The translations under genes were made by a program, and so were the position numbers. 64,000 nucleotides of DNA from an uncultured Thermodesulfobacteriota bacterium (GTDB lineage Bacteria; Desulfobacterota; BSN033; WVXP01), in contig CAYFYO010000002.1 in the NCBI GenBank assembly GCA_964347335.1, positions 4,911-68,910 on the forward strand, in the 5' to 3' direction. Position 1 is the stretch's first letter. Each line of letters opens with the position of its first letter. Shown piece by piece: positions 1 through 8,658 of the stretch. Below the pieces are notes generated by a model. It worked only from the letters and a program-made list of their open reading frames with translations. It made no database searches and was not told where the DNA came from.

Positions 1-747
1 GGCATTGACGCTGTCATAGATGGAAGAACGGAGAGCATCTTTGCCCTGGTGAGGCCGCCTGGGCACCACGCCGAAAAGGCCAGAGCCATGGGGTTTTGCC
101 TCTTCAACAATGTTGCCATTGCTGCGAAGTACGCCCAAAAACGACACGGTCTCGATCGCATTCTCATCGTGGACTGCGATCTGCATCATGGCAACGGCAC
201 TCAAAACGCCTTTTATGATCGGCAGGAGGTTCTCTACTTCTCCACTCACCAGTACCCGTTTTATCCTGGAACCGGCGCAGCCAAAGAATTTGGACGAAGC
301 GAGGGGGAGGGTTATACCGTAAATATCCCCCTCAGTATGGGCTGCGGTGACTCGGAATACGCTCACATTTTCAATCACATTCTCAAGCCTATCGCGCTTG
401 CATACCAACCCCAAATCATCCTGGTCTCTGCTGGATTTGACATCCACTCCCGGGATCCCTTGGGGGGCATGAGGGTCACGGCGAATGGGTTTGCTCGCCT
501 GATGAATATCTTGAAAGATATCGCTCGTTCTGCTTGTTCCGGCAGAATTGCCGTGACCCTTGAGGGAGGATACGATCTGACAGCACTCAGTGAGTCGGTC
601 CGGGCCGTCTTGCTCGAAATGAAGGCAGATGATAGCTGGCTAGATCAAGAAAAATACCGGAACCAAGAGAAAAATGACTACAAAATCATCGAGAGGGTGA
701 TCGAAAGAATTCAGGAAATACAGAGTCGCTATTGGAAGTTTTCCTGA
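1..747 (+). CDS. histone deacetylase / acetoin-utilization AcuC family deacetylase (5' end lies outside the window)
   Basis: Frame 1 is open from nt 1 (GIDAVIDGRTESIFALVRPPGHHA...). The FALVRPPGHHA and CDxDxHHGNG motifs are hallmarks of the arginase/deacetylase fold. Stop is TGA at 745-747. Confidence 0.85.
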   Translation, partial: GIDAVIDGRTESIFALVRPPGHHAEKARAMGFCLFNNVAIAAKYAQKRHGLDRILIVDCDLHHGNGTQNAFYDRQEVLYFSTHQYPFYPGTGAAKEFGRSEGEGYTVNIPLSMGCGDSEYAHIFNHILKPIALAYQPQIILVSAGFDIHSRDPLGGMRVTANGFARLMNILKDIARSACSGRIAVTLEGGYDLTALSESVRAVLLEMKADDSWLDQEKYRNQEKNDYKIIERVIERIQEIQSRYWKFS

Positions 748-793
748 CCTCTCAGAAACCTGCTTCCACCTCTACACCCTATCGCCTTTACAA

Positions 794-1075
794 TCAGGAA
801 CCGGAGTTGACCCGCTCTTTGAGTTCCTTTCCGACTTTGAAGAAGGGAAGTTTCTTGGGTGGAACAGAGACAATCTCTCCAGTCTTTGGGTTCCTCCCCT
901 TATAGCCACCATAGCTTCGAATCACGAAACTCCCAAAACCCCTGATCTCAATCCTTTCACCACGGATCAGGGAATCCCTCATACCGTCAAAGATCGTGTC
1001 AACAATGACCTTCGCCACTTTTTGTGTGAGGTTTGTCCGCTCTGCCAAGTGAAGCGTCAGCTCAGCCTTGTTCAT
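794..1075 (-). CDS. HU/IHF-family DNA-binding protein (IHF-beta-like)
   Basis: MNKAELTLHLAERTNLTQKVAKVIVD...GFGSF...NPKTGE is the typical bacterial DNA-binding protein (IHF/HU) fold sequence. The internal ATG at 1075 was chosen because the upstream part of the ORF is not conserved-looking. Confidence 0.8.
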   Translation of the reverse strand: MNKAELTLHLAERTNLTQKVAKVIVDTIFDGMRDSLIRGERIEIRGFGSFVIRSYGGYKGRNPKTGEIVSVPPKKLPFFKVGKELKERVNSGS

Positions 1076-1117
1076 ACCTACCTCCTTTCCACAATTTCTC
1101 AATTATTCCAGAATGTT

Positions 1118-1942
1118 TCAGAGACTATGCCGAATGTACTCGACTGCATTCCTAAAGAACGCCACCCCGGCTCCTTCCTCGTCGAGCTTCTCCCTCGTCC
1201 ATCGTGGGTGATTGGTGGCATGGGTGAACGCCTCGGGATGGGGCATCAGGCCCATGAGTCTGCCTGTCTCATCGCAGATCCCCGCAACCGCATCGACTGA
1301 ACCATTTGGGTTCAGGGGGTAGTCCATCGTGGGTCGGCGGAAATCTCGATCCGAATACTGAGCGACGACCAATCCCCTCTCTTTTAGTTTCTGGAGCGTG
1401 CCATCATCACGCGGTATGAATTTGCCCTCCCCATGTCTCACTGGCAAGTAGACCCCCTCTAGGCCCCGTGTGAAAATACAAGGAGTTTCTCTATTGATTT
1501 TGAGATAAACCCAGCGGTCTTCGAACCGCCCTGAATCATTGAAGGTCAACGTCATCCGTTGCGTCTCATAATCGCCATCGAAACCAGGAAGCATACCAGA
1601 CTTAATCATGAGCTGAAAGCCATTACACACGCCTAAGATCAGTTTTCCCTCTCCGATAAATCGTAAGATCTGATCGTAAAGCCTCTCACCCTTGGTCTTC
1701 ACCCGCGTATACCGGAGGCGATTTGCCGCCGCCCGTGCAGCACCCAAGTCATCACCGTTGAGGAAACCTCCCGGTAAATTGAGAAACTGATAGTCGTCCA
1801 ACCACTTCTTGCCATGGACCAATTCGCTCATGTGAACGATATCAACGACGTCGGCGCCGGCCAGTCGACAGGCGTGTGCCATCTCTCGTTCACAATTGAT
1901 CCCATATCCTGTGATCACGATACACCGAACAGTCTTAGCCAT
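1118..1942 (-). CDS. purQ: phosphoribosylformylglycinamidine synthase glutaminase subunit PurQ (long form)
   Basis: Class I GATase motifs GVCNGFQ and HGEG/HPE are present. It is similar to the glutaminase domain of large PurL. 274 aa. Confidence 0.8.
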   Translation of the reverse strand: MAKTVRCIVITGYGINCEREMAHACRLAGADVVDIVHMSELVHGKKWLDDYQFLNLPGGFLNGDDLGAARAAANRLRYTRVKTKGERLYDQILRFIGEGKLILGVCNGFQLMIKSGMLPGFDGDYETQRMTLTFNDSGRFEDRWVYLKINRETPCIFTRGLEGVYLPVRHGEGKFIPRDDGTLQKLKERGLVVAQYSDRDFRRPTMDYPLNPNGSVDAVAGICDETGRLMGLMPHPEAFTHATNHPRWTREKLDEEGAGVAFFRNAVEYIRHSL

Positions 1943-1981
1943 TGACGCGCCGAGCTGCTTGAATTGCCCAGATGAAGAGCT

Positions 1982-3364
1982 TCAGGCCGCCTTCAGTCCG
2001 ATTTGCTCGAGACGCTGAATAATCTCAGCGAACTCCCTTTCAAAACTCACTTTGTTGCGATGGGTGTTTCCCCCGAGCAGCACCTCCCGGGGCTTTCCAT
2101 CCTTTGAGGAGATATAGACCCAGAGTCTGCGGTGGGGTACGAAAAAAGCCATAATCGTGCCAAGAATGAGTAGACCACACCCAATCCAGACGACCCAGAC
2201 TCCGGGGTCCTTGGTCACCTGAAGAACCGTGAACTCCCTGATGAGGATATCTTTGAGGGTATATACGAAACGCCCCCCTCGCTTTTCATCAAAGTCAGGA
2301 ATCTCTTTGAACAGCCAGATCCGACGCGGAGGCTGATCCTTAGAGAAAAGAGCGACCTGAATCCCTTCTCCGAAGGTATGGACTTCCGGAAAATACCCCA
2401 GGAGCTGAAGGGCTATCTCGTCCTCAGGAACTCTCACCCGCTGTCCCTGACGAATCTGGACCTCGTAGGAAGCAACGCCGTCCCTTTCGTTCACCCGGAT
2501 GACAACCTCCGCCTCCTGGCCATAGGAGGATTGATAGAACTTGAGACCCCGATGGGTCATCGGATGGTTCACCCGGACCTTCTGTCGGCGGATTTCCTGA
2601 CCATTTTCCAAAACGGTCAGACTGCTCGTGTATTCACTGACGAATCTGTTCGGCCCGGGAGTGTCGTAATAGGATATATCAAAATCATCACATCGAATCT
2701 GGTAACCCAAGGGATAGCCTACGAACCGGCCATTCTTTCGGAGAGAGACCTGATCGACCGTCTCCCCCTCAACAATTCTGACGATACCCTTAAAACCAAA
2801 GACCGATCCCACCATTCCTCCAACCAGGATAACGATAATGCTCAGATGGGCAACATAAACCCCGAAACGTCCATAGCGACCCTTCTCGAAATAGAGGAGA
2901 AGGCCCTGGGATTTTTCAATCCGCCTGGGTTCACCGAAAAAGCGGCGGATGGTTTTCTGGATCTTCTCCCCCAACCCCTTTCCTACCTTAGCCCCCCGAA
3001 GGTTCCTCCTCAAGGGCAGCGCCTGAATGCTTTTGGGACTCAAATCAACTCGTTGATGAAAAACCTGCCGCCAAAGGGAGGGAAGTCGCTCGAGGGAACA
3101 GAAGACCAGATTGAGCACGAGCAGGGCCAGAATGGCCAAGAACCACCATGAATGGTACATATCGAAGAGGCCAAAGAAGTCGAGGATGCTGGCGAGATTG
3201 GGACCATATTCGGCAAGGTACTGCTGGGGAGTGCCTTGTTGCAGGATGATCGTTCCCAAGATTGAAGTGGTTGCAAGAAGGATAAGAAGGAATATCGTCA
3301 GTCTCAGGGAGGCGAAGAGGTTCCAAACGACAATACTTAGCCCACTGGAATCTTTCTTCTTCAA
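1982..3364 (-). CDS. resB: cytochrome c biogenesis protein ResB/Ccs1 (system II)
   Basis: N-terminal TM helices, a large periplasmic domain and a C-terminal TM. ResB-like sequence (LRLTIFLLILLA... WWF..LLVLNLV). 460 aa. Confidence 0.75.
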   Translation of the reverse strand: MKKKDSSGLSIVVWNLFASLRLTIFLLILLATTSILGTIILQQGTPQQYLAEYGPNLASILDFFGLFDMYHSWWFLAILALLVLNLVFCSLERLPSLWRQVFHQRVDLSPKSIQALPLRRNLRGAKVGKGLGEKIQKTIRRFFGEPRRIEKSQGLLLYFEKGRYGRFGVYVAHLSIIVILVGGMVGSVFGFKGIVRIVEGETVDQVSLRKNGRFVGYPLGYQIRCDDFDISYYDTPGPNRFVSEYTSSLTVLENGQEIRRQKVRVNHPMTHRGLKFYQSSYGQEAEVVIRVNERDGVASYEVQIRQGQRVRVPEDEIALQLLGYFPEVHTFGEGIQVALFSKDQPPRRIWLFKEIPDFDEKRGGRFVYTLKDILIREFTVLQVTKDPGVWVVWIGCGLLILGTIMAFFVPHRRLWVYISSKDGKPREVLLGGNTHRNKVSFEREFAEIIQRLEQIGLKAA

Positions 3365-3479
3365 AATGACCCTCTTTTTGCGGGTTCAGTCGATCTCGGC
3401 CCGGTGATCTAGAAGTTGCCGAAATTTTTAACATACTCCCATTTTGGTGTCAACCTCAAAAGACCGAAAATATCCCCCT

Positions 3480-4490
3480 TTATTGAAATTCGATCCTCTT
3501 TTCCATTCCCGATGAGACACGAACCTCTCCCTTCGAATCAATGATCAGCGTTTCCACCCCGGCCAGTTCCTCAACCAAAGGAATCCCCTTCTCCGGTCCC
3601 AAAACAAAGACGGCCGTGGCCAGGGCGTCTGCCCAGATCAACTCGTCATGAATGACGGTCACACTTTGCGACTTCCTTGCCGGAAATCCAGTTGAGGGAT
3701 CGAGGATTTCATGATACCGAACGCCATCTCTCATAAAGTATCGCTCATAGTCTCCAGAGGTGGCAACGGAATCGTCTCTCGCCTCGATGGTCGCTAGAAT
3801 TCTCGATTTGTCCCTCGGATCCTGGATTCCGACAGCCCAGGGTGTACCCAGCTTGGTACCGGCCGTTCTGAGATCACCACCAGCGTTCACGATGAAGTCT
3901 CGGAATCCCGAGTCCTGAAGAAAACGAACAGCCAGATCCACTGCATAGCCCTTGGCGACGCCGCCGAGAACGATTTCCATCCCCTCTTTTCTCAAGAAGA
4001 GGGTTCTCTCCCTTTCGTCGATTTCGAGTAACCGGTAGTCTACCAACCGAAGTGATTCTCTGACCTCAAGTTGAGAGGGAAGCCGATTTTCCTGACGACA
4101 TCTATCCCAAAGATTCACCAGACTTCCTACGGTGATATCAAAGGCGCCATCGGACAGGTCGGATGTTTCCAGGGCGACCTGGATGACAGAGAGAAGATCG
4201 GAGCCCACGGTTACCCCCTTTTTGCCGGCATTCCGATTGAGACGCCAGACCGCACTCCCCTCGATTCTTCGACTCATGAGTCTTTCGATTCTCTGCATCT
4301 CCTGAAAAGCCCCTCTGAAAGCATCAGCAGTTGCTGTGTCGTCTGGAGCGATCAACGTGATCTCAACCAGGGTACCCATGATGTACTGGGTTCGCTTCAG
4401 AATCCCTGGGCTTTTTGGCTGACAACCAGCCCAAAATATGAGCTGAATGATAGAACACACGCAGAGGTATCTCAAAAAAAAGACCTTCAT
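3480..4490 (-). CDS. apbE: FAD:protein FMN transferase ApbE (lipoprotein)
   Basis: Lipobox ...FWAGC after a signal peptide. ApbE-family conserved blocks (GGVAKGYAVD, TSGDYERYF, DP.TG.P). 336 aa. Confidence 0.8.
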   Translation of the reverse strand: MKVFFLRYLCVCSIIQLIFWAGCQPKSPGILKRTQYIMGTLVEITLIAPDDTATADAFRGAFQEMQRIERLMSRRIEGSAVWRLNRNAGKKGVTVGSDLLSVIQVALETSDLSDGAFDITVGSLVNLWDRCRQENRLPSQLEVRESLRLVDYRLLEIDERERTLFLRKEGMEIVLGGVAKGYAVDLAVRFLQDSGFRDFIVNAGGDLRTAGTKLGTPWAVGIQDPRDKSRILATIEARDDSVATSGDYERYFMRDGVRYHEILDPSTGFPARKSQSVTVIHDELIWADALATAVFVLGPEKGIPLVEELAGVETLIIDSKGEVRVSSGMEKRIEFQ

Positions 4491-4708
4491 GGCTTCGACA
4501 AGACCTTACGGTATGGGACCTTCACCCATCTTGGGTTCTCCCCGGTTACAGAGGGGAGGCAAGAAGTGGAGACGGTGACTTGAGCACCACACCGGACGAA
4601 CTCTCAAAACCCGCGGAGGGAGAGATCAAAGCCTGTTCCGAACATCGACAAAAAAGGGGCTCGACGCCCCCTATTCTGTTTCTCACCACTCGGGAACTGG
4701 AATGGATC

Positions 4709-5152
4709 CTAGGGCTTTCGAGTCCAGACCGTTGTTCGACCGATCAGGGAAAACCCAATGTAGCCCCGGACTTTCAGCGTATCACCCTTGAGGTTCATCT
4801 TACAGGAATAGGTCTTCCCGTTGTCCGGATCGTAAATCTTACCGCCCACCCATTTGTTATCGCCGTCATATCTGAAGCCCCACACGATGTTCAGACCGAT
4901 GATCTTGCGGTCTCTTTTGCCAGGGTCAGGGTTCTCCGTATCCAGCTTCTCAGTCCCGTCCTCATTCTTCGGCTCTTTGAGCCAGACGATCTTCCCGCAG
5001 AATTGGTCGTCGCACCGGTAGACCTCGACGACAGCTTTCCCCTCTTCGGTTAACCAATGCCCAAGAATGGCATCGCCTTCACCGTGTTGGGCATACACAT
5101 TCAAAATCTGCAACAGGATCAGACATGTCGTAAACAGAAATAGCCGTTTCAT
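4709..5152 (-). CDS. secreted DUF2147-family protein
   Basis: Signal peptide MKRLFLFTTCLILLQILNVYA. GKIVW...NPDP...GGKIYDPDNGKTYSCKM...RGYIGF matches the DUF2147 signature. Stop is TAG. Confidence 0.7.
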   Translation of the reverse strand: MKRLFLFTTCLILLQILNVYAQHGEGDAILGHWLTEEGKAVVEVYRCDDQFCGKIVWLKEPKNEDGTEKLDTENPDPGKRDRKIIGLNIVWGFRYDGDNKWVGGKIYDPDNGKTYSCKMNLKGDTLKVRGYIGFSLIGRTTVWTRKP

Positions 5153-5351
5153 CGTGGGACTCCTCTCAATGGAATCTTCTGAGAACAGTGTGACGTGGCG
5201 AGTTTCGCATTGTACACACTCCGGTTCGGCAACTCAAGCGGTGACCCTATGAGATTCGCCAATTCCGCCCTCACAGGACAAAGGTAAAAGGTTCAATGAG
5301 ACGCACTCCTAACAACCCTTTGTCATTGGTGATTGGTCACTGGTCATTTGC

Positions 5352-5480
5352 CATTCGCCTCTAATCTCTGGTCTCTACTCGCAAGTCTTAAGTCCTCAGT
5401 CTCTAATCTCCAGGCTCTAGTCTCAATTCTTCAGTCCTTAGTCTCTAATCTCCAGTCTCTGCTCCCTTGTTTGTCAGGGA
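5352..5480. repeat. degenerate tandem repeat, about 3 units of about 45 bp (TCTCTAATCTCCAG-containing)
   Basis: AGTCTCTAATCTCCAG recurs at about 5396 and 5441, with a related CCTCTAATCTCTGG at about 5359. Low-complexity CT-rich tract in the intergenic region upstream of the DUF2147 gene. Confidence 0.6.
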
Positions 5481-5694
5481 ACCCAACCGCCTCCGCGGGA
5501 TCGCTCAGAGACAACAGACCGCCTCAGAAATGGGCGGGCTCCTCATGATCGCTACTTCCCCACGAAAAACAAAAGTGGCTGAGTTGTCAATGAGTCTCGG
5601 CGAAGAAGATTAAAAGAGTTTAATTCTCAATTAATCTTCTTTTAACCCTCGTCTTGTATAGATTGAGGAGAGAGAAACATATACCTCCTTTGTA

Positions 5695-5724
5695 AAGCAG
5701 AGCTGGGTGGCTCTGCTTTTTTTT
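5695..5724 (+). terminator. intrinsic (Rho-independent) terminator: AAGCAGAGC-tgggtg-GCTCTGCTT followed by 8 T
   Basis: A perfect 9-bp GC-rich stem with a 6-nt loop and T8 on the + strand. No + strand CDS precedes it. On the minus strand it lies 20 nt 3' of the stop of CDS 5744-6175 but has only a UUUA tail in that orientation. Confidence 0.7.
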
Positions 5725-5743
5725 GTGTTCGCCAGCCCTCGCA

Positions 5744-6175
5744 TCAGCCACTTGATCGAGGAGGCGAGCTCTTGGGTATCAATTCAAGGTTTACCTGGTC
5801 TCCAAAGTGCTCCGATAGGGTTCGCTCAAGCGTCTGAAACTGTCTCTCATCCTCCATTTCCACGACGAGGCCTCCGTCGTCGAATATTTTGAGCCAGCCC
5901 AGAGGCTTAACAACCCTGCAGAAATCCCCTGGATCCACGGTGATCCATCCTTTCATCCGGTGGGCCAGCTCCTCCCCAGAGAAGGGCCGTTCGATTGTCA
6001 ATTCCACCTCTCGGAATTTAGCCTGCCAGCCAATCCTGGCGGGTTCAACCAAGATGGGCTGCACGGGGTCCTTCATGGCAGCACATCGAAACCAGACCCT
6101 GGCACGAATCATCACACCGTCCTCCCCCGTGGTGAAATAGATTCTAGGATACTGAAAGCATGCTGAAGCCGTCAA
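5744..6175 (-). CDS. hypothetical protein
   Basis: 143-aa ORF with no recognisable family. Alternative internal starts are MIRARVW at 6112 or MKDPVQ at 6076. Confidence 0.35.
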   Translation of the reverse strand: MTASACFQYPRIYFTTGEDGVMIRARVWFRCAAMKDPVQPILVEPARIGWQAKFREVELTIERPFSGEELAHRMKGWITVDPGDFCRVVKPLGWLKIFDDGGLVVEMEDERQFQTLERTLSEHFGDQVNLELIPKSSPPRSSG

Positions 6176-6365
6176 GGCAGAACGACGTCATTCAAACAGC
6201 CAATCCCTTCAAGGAGCAGGTCGATTCGCTTAATCAATTTCTGGTAAATCTGAAACGAATCCCAATCCCCCAAAATCCAAAACAAGAGATATCTTTGAGA
6301 GTTCCGAATACATCTCGGGTCAATCCGGAGAATGTTTTGGTCACTTGATATTCGAGTTTTGGAAG

Positions 6366-6614
6366 AGTTCGCAAGAGATGATTTTGACTCTGGCCCGATC
6401 TTTCGAGAAGAAAAATCAGGCCACCCACTGAGCCCCCCCGGGGCCATGCAATACAGGTTTCACAAAGAATCGGGTCGTGGGATCAAATCAATTGACACAT
6501 GCGAAGGCGTTGACGCTTTCGACCTGAATCGCCTTCTCAGCGATTCAGGTCGAAACTCAGGGATCTCAGTGTGCTCTGCGAGAGATGGAAACTGACTTTA
6601 TGCACTTGCACTCG
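6366..6614 (+). repeat. about 250-bp dispersed repeat, copy A (hairpin-rich, non-coding)
   Basis: About 85% identical to 8206-8452 in the same orientation. Contains a perfect 12-bp stem GACCTGAATCGC/GCGATTCAGGTC and a GGCC...AAAATCAGGCC hairpin. Reading frames are not conserved between the copies. Confidence 0.85.
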
Positions 6615-6704
6615 TCTGACGTGGCTCTTCGGTCAACCGAGAATCCATTGCAATTCGTCTGACAATCTTTTAACTTATGACCGGTGCTTCCCTCAGGAGG
6701 AAAA

Positions 6705-7358
6705 ATGGATCTGGAAACCGCTATAGAGAATCGCAAGAGTTATCGTGCTTTTTCCTCGAGACCCGTCGATCAGGAGCTCGTCGAGGAGATTCTTCGCCGG
6801 GCAGGAAGAGCCCCATCGGCGCTGAACGTCCAGCCCTGGGAGGTGACCGTCGTGATGGGAGAAGAACTGGAGCGCTTGACTCGAAGGCTTCTCCGAGCCT
6901 ATCGAGAGCGATCGGTCGCGTGCACACCTGGAGCCGTCCGTCCCCTGCCGGCGCGTTTTCAAAAGCGAAGGAGAGACTCTTTCAGGCCACTGGCCCGACT
7001 CCTCGATCGAGAGCATCTCACATTGGACGCCTTCGTCGGAGAGGGGAGCTGCCGTTTCTATGGGGCACCGGTCGCAATTCTCATCTGCATGGACGAGGCC
7101 TTCTCCAAGGAACGATACCTTTGCATCGGGGCGTTCCTTGGTTATCTTGTGCTGTCGGCTCATGATTTGGGTCTTGCCACGTGCCCTGTGGGATTGATCT
7201 CAGCCTACGAAGAAGACATCCGGGAACAACTCAACATCCCAGAAGCCAAGCGGGTCGTCATCGGCGTGGCAATCGGCTATGGGGATGAGTCCTCACCTTT
7301 GAGCCAGTTCAGCACGCCAAGGGACCCCCTCGAAGGCTACGTGAGATGGTTCATGTGA
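6705..7358 (+). CDS. nitroreductase-family protein
   Basis: MDLETAIENRKSYRAFSSRPV...SALNVQPWEVTVV has the nitroreductase fold signature. AGGAGG lies 4 nt upstream of the ATG at 6705. Confidence 0.8.
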   Translation: MDLETAIENRKSYRAFSSRPVDQELVEEILRRAGRAPSALNVQPWEVTVVMGEELERLTRRLLRAYRERSVACTPGAVRPLPARFQKRRRDSFRPLARLLDREHLTLDAFVGEGSCRFYGAPVAILICMDEAFSKERYLCIGAFLGYLVLSAHDLGLATCPVGLISAYEEDIREQLNIPEAKRVVIGVAIGYGDESSPLSQFSTPRDPLEGYVRWFM

Positions 7359-7375
7359 GGGGGAGGCGCGGGGAA

Positions 7376-8125
7376 ATGGCAAAAATCCTCATCGGAACAA
7401 GCGGTTATAATTATCCGCACTGGGGCAAAGGAGTCTTCTACCCCAAGGGGACACCTCAGCGTCAGTGGCTCGAATACTACAGCCGTCATTTCGACACTGT
7501 GGAACTCAATGTGACCTTTTACAGGCTCGTGAAAAGACAGGTGTTTGAAGGCTGGTACCGGAGGACTCCAGAGAAGTTCCTTTTCGCTGTCAAAGGTAGC
7601 CGATACATTACTCACATCAAAAGGCTTCGGAATTGTGAGGAAGCAATCCAACGCTTCTCAGAGAACTGTCAGGGTCTCGGGGAAAAACTCGACGTTATCC
7701 TCTGGCAACTTCCGCCTCAGTCTGTCTACCGGGGGGAACCTTTTGCCACTTTCTGCAAACTCGTGTCCGGGTTTCCCGTTTTAAGCAAAACACACCACGC
7801 CTTCGAGTTTCGACATGACAGCTGGTTCGTCCCTGAGGTCGTTCGTCTTCTTGAGCATTATGGATTCTCTCTGTGTATCTCTGACTCTCCAAATCTTCCT
7901 TCTTGCGAGACGGTCACTGCCGATTTCGTCTACCTCAGGTTTCACGGAAGCCAAGCCCTTTATGGTTCCAAGTATACAGACGAGGAACTCACCCGCTGGG
8001 CCCAGAAGGTTCAGTTCTGGCTGAACCAAAGCAGAGCGGTCTATGCCTATTTCAACAACGACGTGTCGGGTTATGCCCTGGAAAATGCCCGGCGTCTCCG
8101 AGAACTCGTCACGCCAAACTCATAG
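7376..8125 (+). CDS. DUF72 (YecE-like) family protein
   Basis: IGTSGYNYPHWGKGVFYP...DVILWQLPP is the DUF72 signature. GGGAGG lies 9 nt upstream of ATG 7376. Stop is TAG. Confidence 0.75.
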   Translation: MAKILIGTSGYNYPHWGKGVFYPKGTPQRQWLEYYSRHFDTVELNVTFYRLVKRQVFEGWYRRTPEKFLFAVKGSRYITHIKRLRNCEEAIQRFSENCQGLGEKLDVILWQLPPQSVYRGEPFATFCKLVSGFPVLSKTHHAFEFRHDSWFVPEVVRLLEHYGFSLCISDSPNLPSCETVTADFVYLRFHGSQALYGSKYTDEELTRWAQKVQFWLNQSRAVYAYFNNDVSGYALENARRLRELVTPNS

Positions 8126-8205
8126 GAGCGCATTAAACGTCTTCACATTGGCTTTTCAGGACAATGCCCGACCACGCGCTCTGTCGCCCTTGCTTGGGCC
8201 CACAG

Positions 8206-8452
8206 AGTTCGCAAGAGATGATTCTGAGGCTGGCCTGATTTTTTGAAAGGAAAATCAGGCCACCCATTGAGCCCGTTTGGAGCCATGCAATACAGATTTC
8301 ACAACGAATCGCGTGGGGGTATCAAATCAATTGATCCATGCAAAGCGCCGACGCTTTTGACCTGAATCGCCCGCTCAGCGATTGAGGTCGAAACTTAGAG
8401 ATCTCCGCGTGCTCTGCGAGAGATGGAAACCGACTTCATGCGCCTGCATGAG
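8206..8452 (+). repeat. about 250-bp dispersed repeat, copy B
   Basis: Same element as 6366-6614. Here the GGCCTGATTTT/AAAATCAGGCC stem is perfect and the 12-bp stem has one mismatch. It lies about 200 bp upstream of the cNMP/DUF4388 gene. Confidence 0.85.
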
Positions 8453-8658
8453 CCCATTTTCCCTCATCCTTACAGGAAGACTTTCTCCATCGAAATCGAC
8501 GATTTGCTGAGGCAGTGCAGGGCTTGACCCACCCATCGAAAGAGGGTACTTTTAACACCATATCTCGATGGGATCGCCTTTTCTATTCCCCATTTGTGGA
8601 CATCTTTACGGAGCTACGGCGGTGCCCCGGAATCCTGTGGCGCTCAGGGGGACCTATC

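Noticed and set aside
5333-5548. 71-aa ORF with SNLQSLVSNLQ low-complexity repeats.
   Set aside because: It is a translation of the CT-rich tandem DNA repeat. It has no RBS and a composition unlike real proteins.
6332-6595. 87-aa ORF inside repeat copy A. The corresponding 8043-8246 ORF runs into copy B.
   Set aside because: The frame is broken in copy B, and the element is conserved as DNA/RNA hairpins. It is not coding.
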